Positions 1 to 9,634 of a stretch of 38,421 nucleotides of DNA are shown piece by piece (within the stretch, counting starts at the first letter, position 1; each line of letters opens with the position of its first letter). Source of the stretch: Candidatus Hydrogenedentota bacterium (lineage in GTDB: Bacteria > Hydrogenedentota > Hydrogenedentia > Hydrogenedentales > GCA-2746185); assembly GCA_046583315.1 (NCBI GenBank), contig JAYGCN010000090.1, positions 1 through 38,421 on the forward strand, given 5' to 3'. The position numbers were made by a program, and so were the translations under genes. The notes beneath the pieces were generated by a model, which had not been told where the DNA came from, searched no databases, and saw only the letters and a list, made by a program, of their open reading frames with translations.

Positions 1-2425
1 GAATCGCGTCCGGGAGGTCGTGCGGGGGGAGAATGCAGGCACTGTCACCTGAGTGTATGCCGGCTTCTTCGATGTGCTGCATAATACCGGCGACGATGAC
101 ACGTTTCCCATCGCATAACGCATCAACATCCAATTCAATTCCTGCTTCGATGAATTTGTCGATTAGGATAGGTCGTTCAGGAGAAGCGTCGACCGCGTGT
201 TTCATGTAGCGTTCGAGTGATTCGCGTTTGTAGACGATTTCCATTGCGCGTCCGCCGAGGACGAATGAGGGACGTACGACAACGGGGTACCCAATTCTTT
301 CAGCAACTACGACTGCTTCTTCTGTCGAGGCGACCGTTTCGTTGTCCGGTTGTTTTAAGCCGAGTTTTTCTACCAGGTCCCGGAATCGCTTGCGGTCTTC
401 TGCGCGATCGATGCTGTCCGGAGAGGTGCCGATGATGGGAACGCCAGCGGTTTCAAGGGCATTAGCGAGGTTGAGGGGGGTCTGTCCGCCAAATTGCACG
501 ATGACGCCCTTGGGTTTTTCGCGTTCAACAATATTGAGAACGTCTTCAAAGGTCACGGGCTCGAAGTAAAGACGATCCGATGTGTCGTAGTCGGTCGAGA
601 CGGTCTCGGGATTTGAGTTGACCATGATGGTTTCATAACCATCCTCTTTCAACGCGAAGGCCGCGTGTACGCAACAATAATCGAACTCGATGCCCTGTCC
701 TATGCGGTTTGGTCCGCCCCCGATGATCATGATTTTTTCTTTATCGGTATCGCGTACTTCGTCTTCGTCGCCGTAGGTCGAGTAGTAGTAGGGGGTATAG
801 GCTTCGAATTCGGCTGCGCAGGTATCCACCAGTTTGTAATTGGGAATGACGTTGTGCTTCTTACGAAGTTCGCGCACTTCAGCCGCCGTCTTGCCCCAGA
901 GATAAGCAAGTTGAATGTCGGAGAAACCGAATTCTTTGGCGCGGCGTAATGTTGGCTCGTCGTCTGGCTCAGCGTCGCGAATGTTCGATTCTTCCGCGAC
1001 AATATCGCGCATGTGACGTAGAAACCAAGGGTCGATGCCGGTCGCGGCGGACAGCTCATCTACGGTCAATCCTATGCGTAATGCGCTGGCAAGTTGAATC
1101 AGTCGATCGGGCGTGGGCTTTTTGACAGCCGTAAGTAGCGCTTGTTTTTCCTCTTCGATGTCCCCGCCGGATGTCAGCGGTTTGTCTTTACCATCTGCGC
1201 CGAGTCCAAATCGCCCGATTTCGAGTCCACGAATCGCTTTTTGCAGGGATTCCTTGAACGTACGGCCGATGGCCATGGTTTCGCCAACGCTTTTCATTTG
1301 CACGGTCAGCAAATTGTCGGAACCGGGAAATTTTTCGAAGGCCCAACGCGGAATCTTGGTGACGACATAGTCAATGGTGGGCTCGAAGGATGCCGGTGTT
1401 TTCTGCGTGATGTCATTTGGAATTTCGTCGAGAGTATACCCGACGGCCAATTTCGCAGCGATTTTTGCAATGGGGAATCCAGTTGCTTTGGAGGCCAGGG
1501 CTGAACTCCGGGACACGCGCGGGTTCATCTCGATGACGATCATGCGACCCGTTTTTGGGTCTGTCGCGAACTGAATGTTGGAGCCGCCGGTATCCACGCC
1601 GATTTCGCGGATGATGTCCAACGCTGCATCGCGCATGTGCTGGTATTCCTTGTCGCTCAAGGTCTGTGCAGGAGCCACGGTAATACTGTCGCCTGTGTGT
1701 ACGCCCATCGGGTCGAAGTTTTCGATGGAACAGACGATGACGACGTTGTCATTGGTGTCGCGCATCACTTCGAGTTCATATTCTTTCCAGCCGACGATGG
1801 ATTCTTCGACGAGGACTTCGGTGACGGGGCTGGCGTCAAGCCCAACTTGCACGGATTCAATGAATTCGGCCTTGTTGAACGCGAGACCTGCACCGGATCC
1901 CCCCAAGGTGAACGCAGGACGGACCACTACTTTGTATCCGAGACTCTCGCCGAATTCCATTGCTTGTTCAAGAGAATGCACGACAAGGCTTTTCGGCATA
2001 TCGATTCCGATTTTTATCATGGCGTCGCGAAATTCGCCACGGTCTTCGGATTTGTTGATGGCTTCCAGATTGGCACCGATGAGTTCGACGCCATGTTTTT
2101 CGAGAATACCGGCTTTCGCGAGATCGACTGCTAAATTCAGAGCCGTCTGTCCACCCACGGTGGGCAATATCGCATCCGGCTTTTCCCGGGCGATGATTTG
2201 TTCGGCCACTTCAACGGTGAGCGGTTCAATATAGGTGCGGTCCGCTGTTTCGGGATCGGTCATGATGGTGGCGGGATTGCTGTTAATCAAGATGACTTCA
2301 TAGCCCTCTTCGCGCAAGGCCTTGCACGCCTGGGTGCCGGAGTAATCAAATTCGCAGGCCTGCCCGATGACGATTGGGCCGGATCCGATGAGCATGATTT
2401 TCTTGATGTCGGTTCGTTTTGGCAT
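1..2425 (-). CDS. carB: Carbamoyl-phosphate synthase large subunit (3' end runs off the left edge; not in the ORF track)
   Basis: Manual translation from ATG 2425 gives [37 protein letters not shown]...[12 protein letters not shown]. The same frame at the left edge reads [21 protein letters not shown] Shine-Dalgarno upstream. Confidence 0.97.
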   Translation of the reverse strand, partial: MPKRTDIKKIMLIGSGPIVIGQACEFDYSGTQACKALREEGYEVILINSNPATIMTDPETADRTYIEPLTVEVAEQIIAREKPDAILPTVGGQTALNLAVDLAKAGILEKHGVELIGANLEAINKSEDRGEFRDAMIKIGIDMPKSLVVHSLEQAMEFGESLGYKVVVRPAFTLGGSGAGLAFNKAEFIESVQVGLDASPVTEVLVEESIVGWKEYELEVMRDTNDNVVIVCSIENFDPMGVHTGDSITVAPAQTLSDKEYQHMRDAALDIIREIGVDTGGSNIQFATDPKTGRMIVIEMNPRVSRSSALASKATGFPIAKIAAKLAVGYTLDEIPNDITQKTPASFEPTIDYVVTKIPRWAFEKFPGSDNLLTVQMKSVGETMAIGRTFKESLQKAIRGLEIGRFGLGADGKDKPLTSGGDIEEEKQALLTAVKKPTPDRLIQLASALRIGLTVDELSAATGIDPWFLRHMRDIVAEESNIRDAEPDDEPTLRRAKEFGFSDIQLAYLWGKTAAEVRELRKKHNVIPNYKLVDTCAAEFEAYTPYYYSTYGDEDEVRDTDKEKIMIIGGGPNRIGQGIEFDYCCVHAAFALKEDGYETIMVNSNPETVSTDYDTSDRLYFEPVTFEDVLNIVEREKPKGVIVQFGGQTPLNLANALETAGVPIIGTSPDSIDRAEDRKRFRDLVEKLGLKQPDNETVASTEEAVVVAERIGYPVVVRPSFVLGGRAMEIVYKRESLERYMKHAVDASPERPILIDKFIEAGIELDVDALCDGKRVIVAGIMQHIEEAGIHSGDSACILPPHDLPDAI

Positions 2426-2542
2426 AGAATCCCTATTGATGGTTTCGCGATTCGTGCTACAGCCCCGCTGTGAGTCCTTGGTGCTTCGCGAACTCGCTTC
2501 ATTCAATCGTGCAACCCCCGAAACCTCGGGAGGGAAAATCAT

Positions 2543-3013
2543 CTAGCGCGAAATGTCGAGTATCTCCAAATTCAGATCGCCCGCCGGAATATTCGCGGTG
2601 ACAACATCTCCGATGCTGGAACCCAATATAGCCTTGCCAACCGGTGATGCGGTGGAAATCTTTCCCGCAGCCATGTCCGCTTCGACGGGACTCACCAGCG
2701 TATAGACGATTTCCTTTTTCGTTTTCTTGTTCAGCACTTTGACGATAGCGCCGACGTAGGCTTTGGAGAGGTCGATATCCTGGTCTTCGAGGATTCTGGA
2801 GCGTGCGATCTTGTCCTCCAAATCGCGCAGTCGGGCGTGCAGCATGGCTTGCGCTTCTTTGGCGGCGTGATACTCAGCATTTTCCTTGAGATCGCCCAAT
2901 TCGCGGGCTTCTTCAATTTTGTCCGCAATTCGCATGCGTTCTTTGTTCATCTCGACGAGATCAGCATTCATCCCTTCAAGTCCGGCACGCGTTACGTAAA
3001 TATCGTCACTCAT
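2543..3013 (-). CDS. greA: Transcription elongation factor GreA
   Basis: 156 aa with ARELGDLKENAEYHAAKE and ISTASPVGKAILG motifs. Confidence 0.97.
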   Translation of the reverse strand: MSDDIYVTRAGLEGMNADLVEMNKERMRIADKIEEARELGDLKENAEYHAAKEAQAMLHARLRDLEDKIARSRILEDQDIDLSKAYVGAIVKVLNKKTKKEIVYTLVSPVEADMAAGKISTASPVGKAILGSSIGDVVTANIPAGDLNLEILDISR

Positions 3014-3041
3014 AATTCAACCCGTCGATTTCGTCAGATTC

Positions 3042-3078
3042 AAAAAAAGGCGACTACCGGTTGGTCACAGCAGTCGCC
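3042..3078 (-). terminator. Intrinsic terminator just upstream of greA
   Basis: Minus-strand GGCGACUGC-N12-GUAGUCGCC stem (9 bp including a G-U pair that works only on this strand), followed by U7. Confidence 0.8.
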
Positions 3079-3091
3079 CGAAACGAGACAT

Positions 3092-3100
3092 AGTATAACA
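3092..3100 (-). promoter_or_regulatory. Putative extended -10 promoter (TGtTATACT) for greA
   Basis: Minus-strand TGTTATACT about 80 nt upstream of the greA ATG; no good -35. Confidence 0.55.
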
Positions 3101-3159
3101 AAACGTGCCATCACGGAAAAAGGGTAAATCGGGTAAAATCGAATGCTAAATCTCGTGGA

Positions 3160-3993
3160 TCAGGCCGAAATACGGTAAACTCGGGCGCAGGTGCCGCCAA
3201 GAATCGCTTCTTGTTCCGATGGCGTGAGTGTGTCTATGTAGTCGATGATCAGGTTCATGACCCCTGCATAGTCGCTGGCGAGCGTGCATACGGGCCAATC
3301 GCTGCCTATCATGAGGCGGTCGGGACCGAATGCTTCAAGGCAGATATCGATGTAAGGGAGAATGTCGGCATTGGTCCAGTCAGCCCAATCGGCCTCCGTA
3401 ACCATGCCGGAGAGTTTGCACGCTACATTGGGGAATTGTGCGAGCGACCGGATGTGTTCGTCCCATGGCGAGAGGATTCCATCCTTGATGAGCGGTTTTG
3501 CGATGTGATTGAGTACAAAGGTGTGATCGGGAAATTGTTCGACGACCTTGAGCGTGACGGGCAAATGTTTCTCGAAGATGAGAATGTCGTACACAAGGTC
3601 ATAATTATTTAGGAGAGCGAGTCCACGTAGAAAGTCTGGACCCAACATGAATTCGTCGTCGGGTTCATCGTGTACGACATGACGCAATCCCACGAGTTTT
3701 GGCATTGGGGAGAATTCTTCGAGTTGGGATTCGATTTGATCTGAGCAGAGGTCGAGCCAACCGACGACACCTTTGATGCGTAGCTCGGCGTCGGCGAGAT
3801 CCAATAACCATCGGGTTTCTTCCAGGGTCTGTCGTGCCTGCACCGCGATGGAGCCATCGAAATCGAGGGATTGCTGAAGAATATTTAATTCGTCTGGCAG
3901 ATGGTCGCGTCGCAACACTTGCATCTCGTCGTTCATCCAGTCGTACTCATCAGCGGAGTACTTCCAGAAATGTTGATGCGCGTCGAGTTTCAT
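3160..3993 (-). CDS. Amidohydrolase_2 family protein, L-fuconolactonase-like
   Basis: DAHQHFW, LRHVVHDEPD, HIAKP, CKLSGMVTEAD and GSDWPVC motifs. Confidence 0.88.
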   Translation of the reverse strand: MKLDAHQHFWKYSADEYDWMNDEMQVLRRDHLPDELNILQQSLDFDGSIAVQARQTLEETRWLLDLADAELRIKGVVGWLDLCSDQIESQLEEFSPMPKLVGLRHVVHDEPDDEFMLGPDFLRGLALLNNYDLVYDILIFEKHLPVTLKVVEQFPDHTFVLNHIAKPLIKDGILSPWDEHIRSLAQFPNVACKLSGMVTEADWADWTNADILPYIDICLEAFGPDRLMIGSDWPVCTLASDYAGVMNLIIDYIDTLTPSEQEAILGGTCARVYRISA

Positions 3994-3999
3994 GGCGGG

Positions 4000-5160
4000 C
4001 TATCGGCGCTGATCGAAACGTCGACCGACCAGTGCAGACGCGATGTTGATTTTCTGAATATCGATGGTGCCGCCAGCGATACCCCATCCCCATGAATCAC
4101 GCAGTCGTCGTTCAAACGGGAATTCCTTGGAGTACCCATATCCACCGAGCAATTGCACGGCGTGCCCGGTGACTTCGCGGGCCATTTCGTTGGAGAAACA
4201 TTTGGCGACGGAGGATTCGAAGATACTGGGCAGGCCGTCTTGCGCGTTGACAGCGGCACGATGAATGAGTAGGCGTCCCGCCTCCACACGCATGGCCATC
4301 TCGGCGATTTTGAGCTGTACCGCCTGGAATTCGACGAGGGCTTTTCCGAATTGCTCGCGTTCCTGCACATAGACAAGGGTTTCGTCCAATGCGCCGGATG
4401 CCTGACCGAGAGCCATCGTCGCATTGCCACAGCGTTCGAGATCAAAGGCTTCCATCAACTTGGGAAATCCGCCAGCGGGTACGATGATGTTTTCTTCGGG
4501 AACCTGCACGTTGTCGAGGAAGATGTCAGAAGATGGCACGCCGCGAAAGCCCATGAGCGATTCAGCGGGACCGAAGCTGAGCCCATCGGTGCCTCTATCG
4601 ACGTAGACCGCGCCGATGCCTTTGGCGCCGGGCTTGTCGGACATGCGGCAGTAGATGACGTAGCCATCGGAGTGCCCGCCGCCGGAGCACCAGCGTTTGG
4701 TGCCGTTTAAGGTCACCGTGTCACCCTCATGTTTACCTACTGTTTTGAGATCGGTGAGCGCGGTGCCGGCTTCGGGTTCGGACATGGCGACGGCGACGAT
4801 CATTTCACCGGCGCATACTTTGGGAAGGACGCGCGACTTTAGCGCATCGGTGCCGAAGTGTTGAATGGCTTTGACGGGACCGACGTTGGATTCAAAAATC
4901 GGGAACGCGACCGCTGAAGAGATCTTGGCGAATTCTTCGAGGACCAGGAGTGCTTCGAGATTGCCCAGACCTAGACCGCCAAATTTTTCCGGCATGTTGA
5001 TGCCCAGGAAACCCATTTCGGCATATTGTTTGAGCCATTCGCGTGGCAGGGGTTTTGATTCCGTCTCAAGTTCTTCGGCCACAGGTTTCATTTTTTCCTG
5101 GGCGAATCGTCGCGCGACATTCTGAAGGTCTTGTTGTTCGTCACTCAAGGTGAAATTCAT
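4000..5160 (-). CDS. Acyl-CoA dehydrogenase
   Basis: MSEPEAGT, LNGTKRWCS, REQFGKALVEFQAVQ and QLLGGYGYSKEFPFER motifs. Start moved to ATG 5160 (MNFTLSDEQ), which follows GGAGAG. Confidence 0.93.
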   Translation of the reverse strand: MNFTLSDEQQDLQNVARRFAQEKMKPVAEELETESKPLPREWLKQYAEMGFLGINMPEKFGGLGLGNLEALLVLEEFAKISSAVAFPIFESNVGPVKAIQHFGTDALKSRVLPKVCAGEMIVAVAMSEPEAGTALTDLKTVGKHEGDTVTLNGTKRWCSGGGHSDGYVIYCRMSDKPGAKGIGAVYVDRGTDGLSFGPAESLMGFRGVPSSDIFLDNVQVPEENIIVPAGGFPKLMEAFDLERCGNATMALGQASGALDETLVYVQEREQFGKALVEFQAVQLKIAEMAMRVEAGRLLIHRAAVNAQDGLPSIFESSVAKCFSNEMAREVTGHAVQLLGGYGYSKEFPFERRLRDSWGWGIAGGTIDIQKINIASALVGRRFDQRR

Positions 5161-5236
5161 GCTACTCTCCTGCACTGTGGACTACATGGCGCGCTATAGT
5201 GCCAGATGGGGGGGAGGGGGTGCAAGAATGGGCGGA

Positions 5237-5800
5237 CTAATTGTCGCGGATGACGTCGCAAAATTTCAGCAGTTGTGAGCTGATTTTCGATCGTTGCCGT
5301 TTCGCGGCATCGACATTGATTTCCAGTTTGGGTTTGCTGTTCTTAAGGAAAATGCGCAGAATTCCGCCGTCGTGAACAAATTTGGAGGAGTCGCTGACGG
5401 TGAGTATCGGGAGATTTTCCCGCTCATCCGGATCGAACTCAAGAAAGTCAGAAAGTTTATCTCCATCAATGCAAAGGACATGCACACCACTGAGATTATC
5501 CATGTCATCGAGAGAGATTAGATTGATAGGGTGTCCATTGATGTCGCGTACCTCGGTTGATTTGAGCAGCTCATCATGGAGGGAATCATTTCCGAGTACA
5601 CCGATGACAAAGGGGGATTCTTCGGAATCGAAGGCGTTTTTCGGCCAGGTAACGAACATGGAGGATCGGTAGATGAGCGCGACCGTCAATTTTATGAAGG
5701 GATCCACATCTTGTTGCGATTGGACGGGTGGCGTTATGGCACACAGAGACAGTGCTAGCAGCGTAGCCAGTTTTCCGCTATAGGTGGAGATGGGAGTCAT
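5237..5800 (-). CDS. YfiR/HmsC-family (DUF4154) periplasmic protein
   Basis: Signal peptide, FVTWP, FVIGVLG, PILTVSD and EINVDAAKRQRSKISSQLLK; directly downstream of a TonB-dependent receptor, a common arrangement. Confidence 0.85.
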   Translation of the reverse strand: MTPISTYSGKLATLLALSLCAITPPVQSQQDVDPFIKLTVALIYRSSMFVTWPKNAFDSEESPFVIGVLGNDSLHDELLKSTEVRDINGHPINLISLDDMDNLSGVHVLCIDGDKLSDFLEFDPDERENLPILTVSDSSKFVHDGGILRIFLKNSKPKLEINVDAAKRQRSKISSQLLKFCDVIRDN

Positions 5801-5806
5801 GTATTC

Positions 5807-7803
5807 TTATGTAATTTGGCCGTATACGCTGCGTTCGACCCCGGTTGGAAGGCGATTGGCTACGAATTCGATGAATTCGCTCTGATCATCGTCGAAAAGG
5901 TTACGTCCGTTTAGTGACATCTCCAGCGAATCCGATGGCCTCCACGCCAGACGAGCGTCTAAGGTGAAATAGTCATCGATGTCTTCCAAGCCTGGAAGTT
6001 GATCGGTGTATCGAAACGTCGTATCAAACTGTATTTCGTCGGTTACCTGGATTTGATTGGTCAATGAAGCCTGTTGTTGAGGCGTGTTGCTGGTGTCGCC
6101 TCCATCCAGATTGGTATTCATGTAGCTATAGCCGGTTCGAATGGTCCAACGGTCGACCGGTCTGTAGTCAATCGTAAATTCAACTCCGTTCGTATCGAAG
6201 TCGTTGTCATTGTTGACGATGAGTGGGATTACGCCGGGCGGGAAAGGCTCTGTATTACTTGGATCGTTGTCGAAATTGCGCTCATTGGTGTACTGATTGT
6301 AAAAAAGGGCTATATCGAACATCAGGTTGCTTCGAATCGTGTTCCGATAGCCGAGTTCGTAGGCGATGACTTCAACAGATTCAAAATATTCGTTTCCGAA
6401 TATAACGCCGGGGATTGGAAGGTTGAACACTTGAGGCAACGGGCGAATGAATAGACGCATGTCGTTTTCGGCGCGATTGGGTGTACGTACTGCACGGGAT
6501 ACTGCCGCCCAAAGCGTCTGTGTATCTGACGCAAGCCAACTGGCTCGCAGTGTTGGCTGTATTTCAAAATCGGTGTAATCGTTGTGTTCAATTTTCGTGC
6601 CCAGCGTTACACGAAACGCATCGTTCACTCGATATTCATCTTGGATGAATATGCTAAAAAGATCTTGCGAATCGCTGGTCGGTACAGTTTCAAATGTTGC
6701 GGTCGGATAAATCGTGTCCTCCGAGTAGCGATACCCTACCCCCAAATCAGTTCGTGTCTGTCGCGCAGTTGCACATGATGCTGAAACTCCTGATCGAATG
6801 TTTTTCTACGTTCGTCCAAAATTTGCGAGTCGTAATGGTAGGTGTCGACATAGGCTTGGATGGATATTTCGTCTGTATCGTTGTAGTTATTCGTCCAACG
6901 ACCCAGGGCATTGAAGCCCGTGTGAATTTTGGTGATTGGAGTTCGGGTAAACACCGGTGGGGAAATCTCAGGGATCATATAATCCGAATTTGAGGAGAGG
7001 GAGAAATAGTCACCCTGAATGGTCAAATGCTGTTGTTCGTCGATATCGTGGTCATAACGAAATCCACCGCGTCCTTGTTCCCAGCCATCGTTTGCATCTC
7101 CGCCAAACAAATCCGAGCCGGCATCATCATATTTAACACCCTTTACATACATGCGATAGAAGTGGTCATCGCCGATTTTGTCGCCGTAGCGCAGACTCAG
7201 GCTGCCGTCAAGGGGGCTGCCTGCTGCTGCCGATATCAATCCGCCTTGCGTCTCATCTGCGGGTTTCGTGACTATGTTGATGACACCGTTCACCGCGTTG
7301 GCGCCCCATAACGTGCCGCCGGGCCCGCGAATAATTTCAATGCGGTCAACATCTTCAAGCACAAGGTCGATGGTGTCCCAGAACACACCTGAGAATAACG
7401 GAGTGTACACGCTACGTCCGTCGACGAGAACAAGTAATTTAGTTGCGTATTCGCCGCCTTGGCCACGCACGGTAACGGACCAGGTGTGTGCATCTATCTG
7501 AGCAACGTTAACGCCGGGAACTGTCCGGAGCAGATCGGGGATGGAAGTTGCGGTTGAACGGCGAATATCATCATTTGAGATGACGTATATTGCTGCTGCC
7601 GCTTCGGATCGCCGCTCCGATTTCTTGGAGACGGATGTAACGTCAACGTCCAGCAAATCTTGCAAGGACAGTCCCATTAGATCATCGACGGCCTGCGCCG
7701 ATGGCGTAAACGGAACGACGAGTAAAGAGAGAATAAATAGAGATGAAAAAACACCGGCCGAAGAGGCGTAAGCCCCTCGAAAACCTTTCGCGTATTCGCG
7801 CAC
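5807..7803 (-). pseudogene. TonB-dependent receptor split by a one-base deletion (about 665 aa if restored)
   Basis: The 5' ORF (6736-7803) has plug motifs (VTSVSKK, DLLRTVPG, LVLVDGRSVY, RIEIIRGPGGTLWGANAVNGVINIVTK). The 3' ORF (5807-6745) has barrel strands (YELGYR, LDARLAWRP, LNGRNLFD). Adding one G to the G5 run at 6739-6743 restores ELIWGVGYRY. Confidence 0.85.
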
Positions 7804-7828
7804 GAACCCTTTTCCCCCGACATCAGGT

Positions 7829-7859
7829 TACGCTGATAGTAGACTCTTATATCAGTGTA
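7829..7859. promoter_or_regulatory. Imperfect inverted repeat upstream of the TonB receptor (possible operator)
   Basis: TACGCTGATA-N11-TATCAGTGTA, 9 of 10 positions complementary. Confidence 0.4.
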
Positions 7860-7898
7860 CGTACTATGCCCTACCTTGCCCGATAATGTGAACTTTTC

Positions 7899-7925
7899 TA
7901 CGGGATATACGGGATATACTGGATT
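7899..7925. repeat. 9-bp tandem repeat, 3 copies
   Basis: TACGGGATA TACGGGATA TACTGGATT. Confidence 0.7.
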
Positions 7926-7970
7926 AGGGGAGAATTATCAGAAATAGATACCTAACTTAAAGTATACTTC

Positions 7971-8189
7971 TTAGCGGTAACGGTACGTGATTCGCCCTTT
8001 AGACAGGTCGTATGGGGACATTTCGACCTTCACTTTGTCGCCAGGAAGGATGCGAATATAGAATTTCCGCATTTTCCCGGAAATGTGTGCCAAAATTTCG
8101 TGCCCGTTGTCTAATTTGACCTTAAACATGGCATTGGGAAGTGGTTCCTGCACGATACCTTCCAGTTCTATGGCCTTTTCTTTTTCCAT
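7971..8189 (-). CDS. infA: Translation initiation factor IF-1
   Basis: 72 aa; [17 protein letters not shown] and [14 protein letters not shown]. Confidence 0.98.
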   Translation of the reverse strand: MEKEKAIELEGIVQEPLPNAMFKVKLDNGHEILAHISGKMRKFYIRILPGDKVKVEMSPYDLSKGRITYRYR

Positions 8190-8408
8190 AACCTCTTGAT
8201 TGTCCTTTCAGACGTGTATCGACGGGAGACTGCCCCGTCATCATTGAATCGACGGCACATGGTAACACATCCGGTTATTTGGAAGCTAAACTTTGTTTTT
8301 GGCTTATTGGGCAAATTCCCGAGTCGATATTGGTGGTGCTGGTTGAACACGACGATGGTTTTCCGCGACACTACTACTTCTTAAAATCAAGTTGCAGTGG
8401 AGAAAATC

Positions 8409-9203
8409 ATGACATACGAATATATGCGCGTTGAGAAAAACGGCCTAGTTGCTACCGTCACGCTCGACAGGCCGGACAAACTGAACGCGCTTAGCGTGGA
8501 TCTCATGGAAGAGATTTGTCAGGTCGCGGACTCGTTTTTGCATGATTATGAGACGAGGGTAGTTATTTTTACGGGCGCAGGCAAGTATTTTACGGCTGGC
8601 GCAGATTTGACCGATCCCAAACGGCAGGCCCTGGCGCAAGCCCCGCTGTTGGAGCGTCAACGCCACACGACGCTGGGGCAGCGTATGGCCGCTAAGTTAC
8701 TGGCGATCAACCAGATTACCATTGCGGCCATTAATGGAGGCGCGTTGGGTGGGGGAGGGGTGATTGTTTCCGCACTGGACTTCCGTATCGCGGCAGAGGG
8801 CAGTTTCGTGGCCTATCCGGAGATCAATCTAGGGATGAATCTCAGTTGGTATGGATTGCCATTATGTGTGCGCCTGATTGGGCCTGCGCGTGCCAAACGT
8901 TTTGTAATTCTGGGTGAACGCGAAACCGCAGATACCCTGCTGGAATGGGGTTTTGTGGATGAAGTCGTTCCTCAGAGTCAGTTGATGTCAAGCGCTGAAG
9001 AGATGGCTCAGGCCTATGCCGCGAAACCACCGATTGCGGCACAGATGATAAAACGTAGTGCGAACGCCATTGCGGGATCCGCTGACCAGGCAATCATGCA
9101 CATGGACACCGATCAGTTTTTGCTCACGAATATGACCAAAGACTTCGCCGAAGGCGTGTCTGCCTTTCTTGAGAAGCGCCAGCCCGAATTCAAGGGGGAA
9201 TAA
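8409..9203 (+). CDS. Enoyl-CoA hydratase/isomerase (crotonase) family protein
   Basis: LDRPDKLNALS, FTAGADL, AAINGGALGGG, PEINLG and EGVSAFLEKRQPEFKG; ATG 8409 follows GGAG. Confidence 0.92.
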   Translation: MTYEYMRVEKNGLVATVTLDRPDKLNALSVDLMEEICQVADSFLHDYETRVVIFTGAGKYFTAGADLTDPKRQALAQAPLLERQRHTTLGQRMAAKLLAINQITIAAINGGALGGGGVIVSALDFRIAAEGSFVAYPEINLGMNLSWYGLPLCVRLIGPARAKRFVILGERETADTLLEWGFVDEVVPQSQLMSSAEEMAQAYAAKPPIAAQMIKRSANAIAGSADQAIMHMDTDQFLLTNMTKDFAEGVSAFLEKRQPEFKGE

Positions 9204-9222
9204 GCTCATTTTTCAGCGATTA

Positions 9223-9257
9223 TAGAGTCTCTTGATTGAAGCGAATCAGAGTCTCTA
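9223..9257 (+). terminator. Imperfect hairpin after the crotonase gene (possible terminator)
   Basis: TAGAGTCTCTTGATT-gaagcg-AATCAGAGTCTCTA; no clear U-tract. Confidence 0.35.
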
Positions 9258-9572
9258 GCTGAATCCTGCCCCCGTTTCTTCGGTTCGCCCTGTGCGGTGA
9301 CTCCGACCCTCTTTTTACCACGATGGCCACAGAGATCACGAAGAAAACCCTCGAATGCGGTCGATTTTCAGCGATATTTCCCCATTCCCCCACCCTTAAG
9401 CGATAAATTTTCAATTTTTAGGGAAAAATTTACACATCTGTAAATATCATTATTATTACTATATATTGCGGTATTTTAAAACCTGTACACCATATATAGA
9501 CATAGATATTTAAAAACTACCCATAAATCGCATTTGTGAATTTTGGCGGAGTGAAAAATGCTTAGATTTCTC

Positions 9573-9601
9573 TTGACAATCTGATCGGATGGTGGTAATT
9601 T
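9573..9601 (+). promoter_or_regulatory. Sigma70-type dcw promoter
   Basis: TTGACA (9573-9578), 17-bp spacer, TAATTT (9596-9601) preceded by TG; AT-rich region upstream. Confidence 0.65.
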
Positions 9602-9610
9602 ATTGAGACT

Positions 9611-9630
9611 AAGTGGGAGAAAGTGGAAAA
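9611..9630 (+). promoter_or_regulatory. MraZ-binding direct repeats
   Basis: AAGTGGGAGA AAGTGGAAAA: GTGG cores 10 bp apart directly before mraZ, plus another GTGG at 9592-9595. This matches the known GTGG(G) repeat operators of MraZ. Confidence 0.7.
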
Positions 9631-9634
9631 TATC

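Noticed and set aside
217..2502. Numerous short ORFs in the track over this region
   Set aside because: They are shadow ORFs of carB, which the track omitted because its stop lies outside the window
5208..5220. G-tract GGGGGGGAGGGGG as a G-quadruplex or phase-variable switch
   Set aside because: Only two G-runs. It falls in a possible promoter spacer (TTGCAC-N18-CACTAT, minus strand), but a single sequence gives no evidence of length variation.
6736..6745. Phase variation or programmed frameshifting at the G-run
   Set aside because: G5 is too short for typical slipped-strand phase variation, no stimulatory structure was seen, and the gene has a second defect at its C-terminus
5807..7970. 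Receptor as BtuB with a cobalamin riboswitch, suggested by icmF nearby
   Set aside because: No recognisable B12-box or riboswitch in the upstream region; the YfiR linkage points to a signalling-type receptor
9400..9570. AT-rich stretch as an origin or horizontally acquired island
   Set aside because: No DnaA boxes or mobility genes; adequately explained as the upstream region of the dcw promoter
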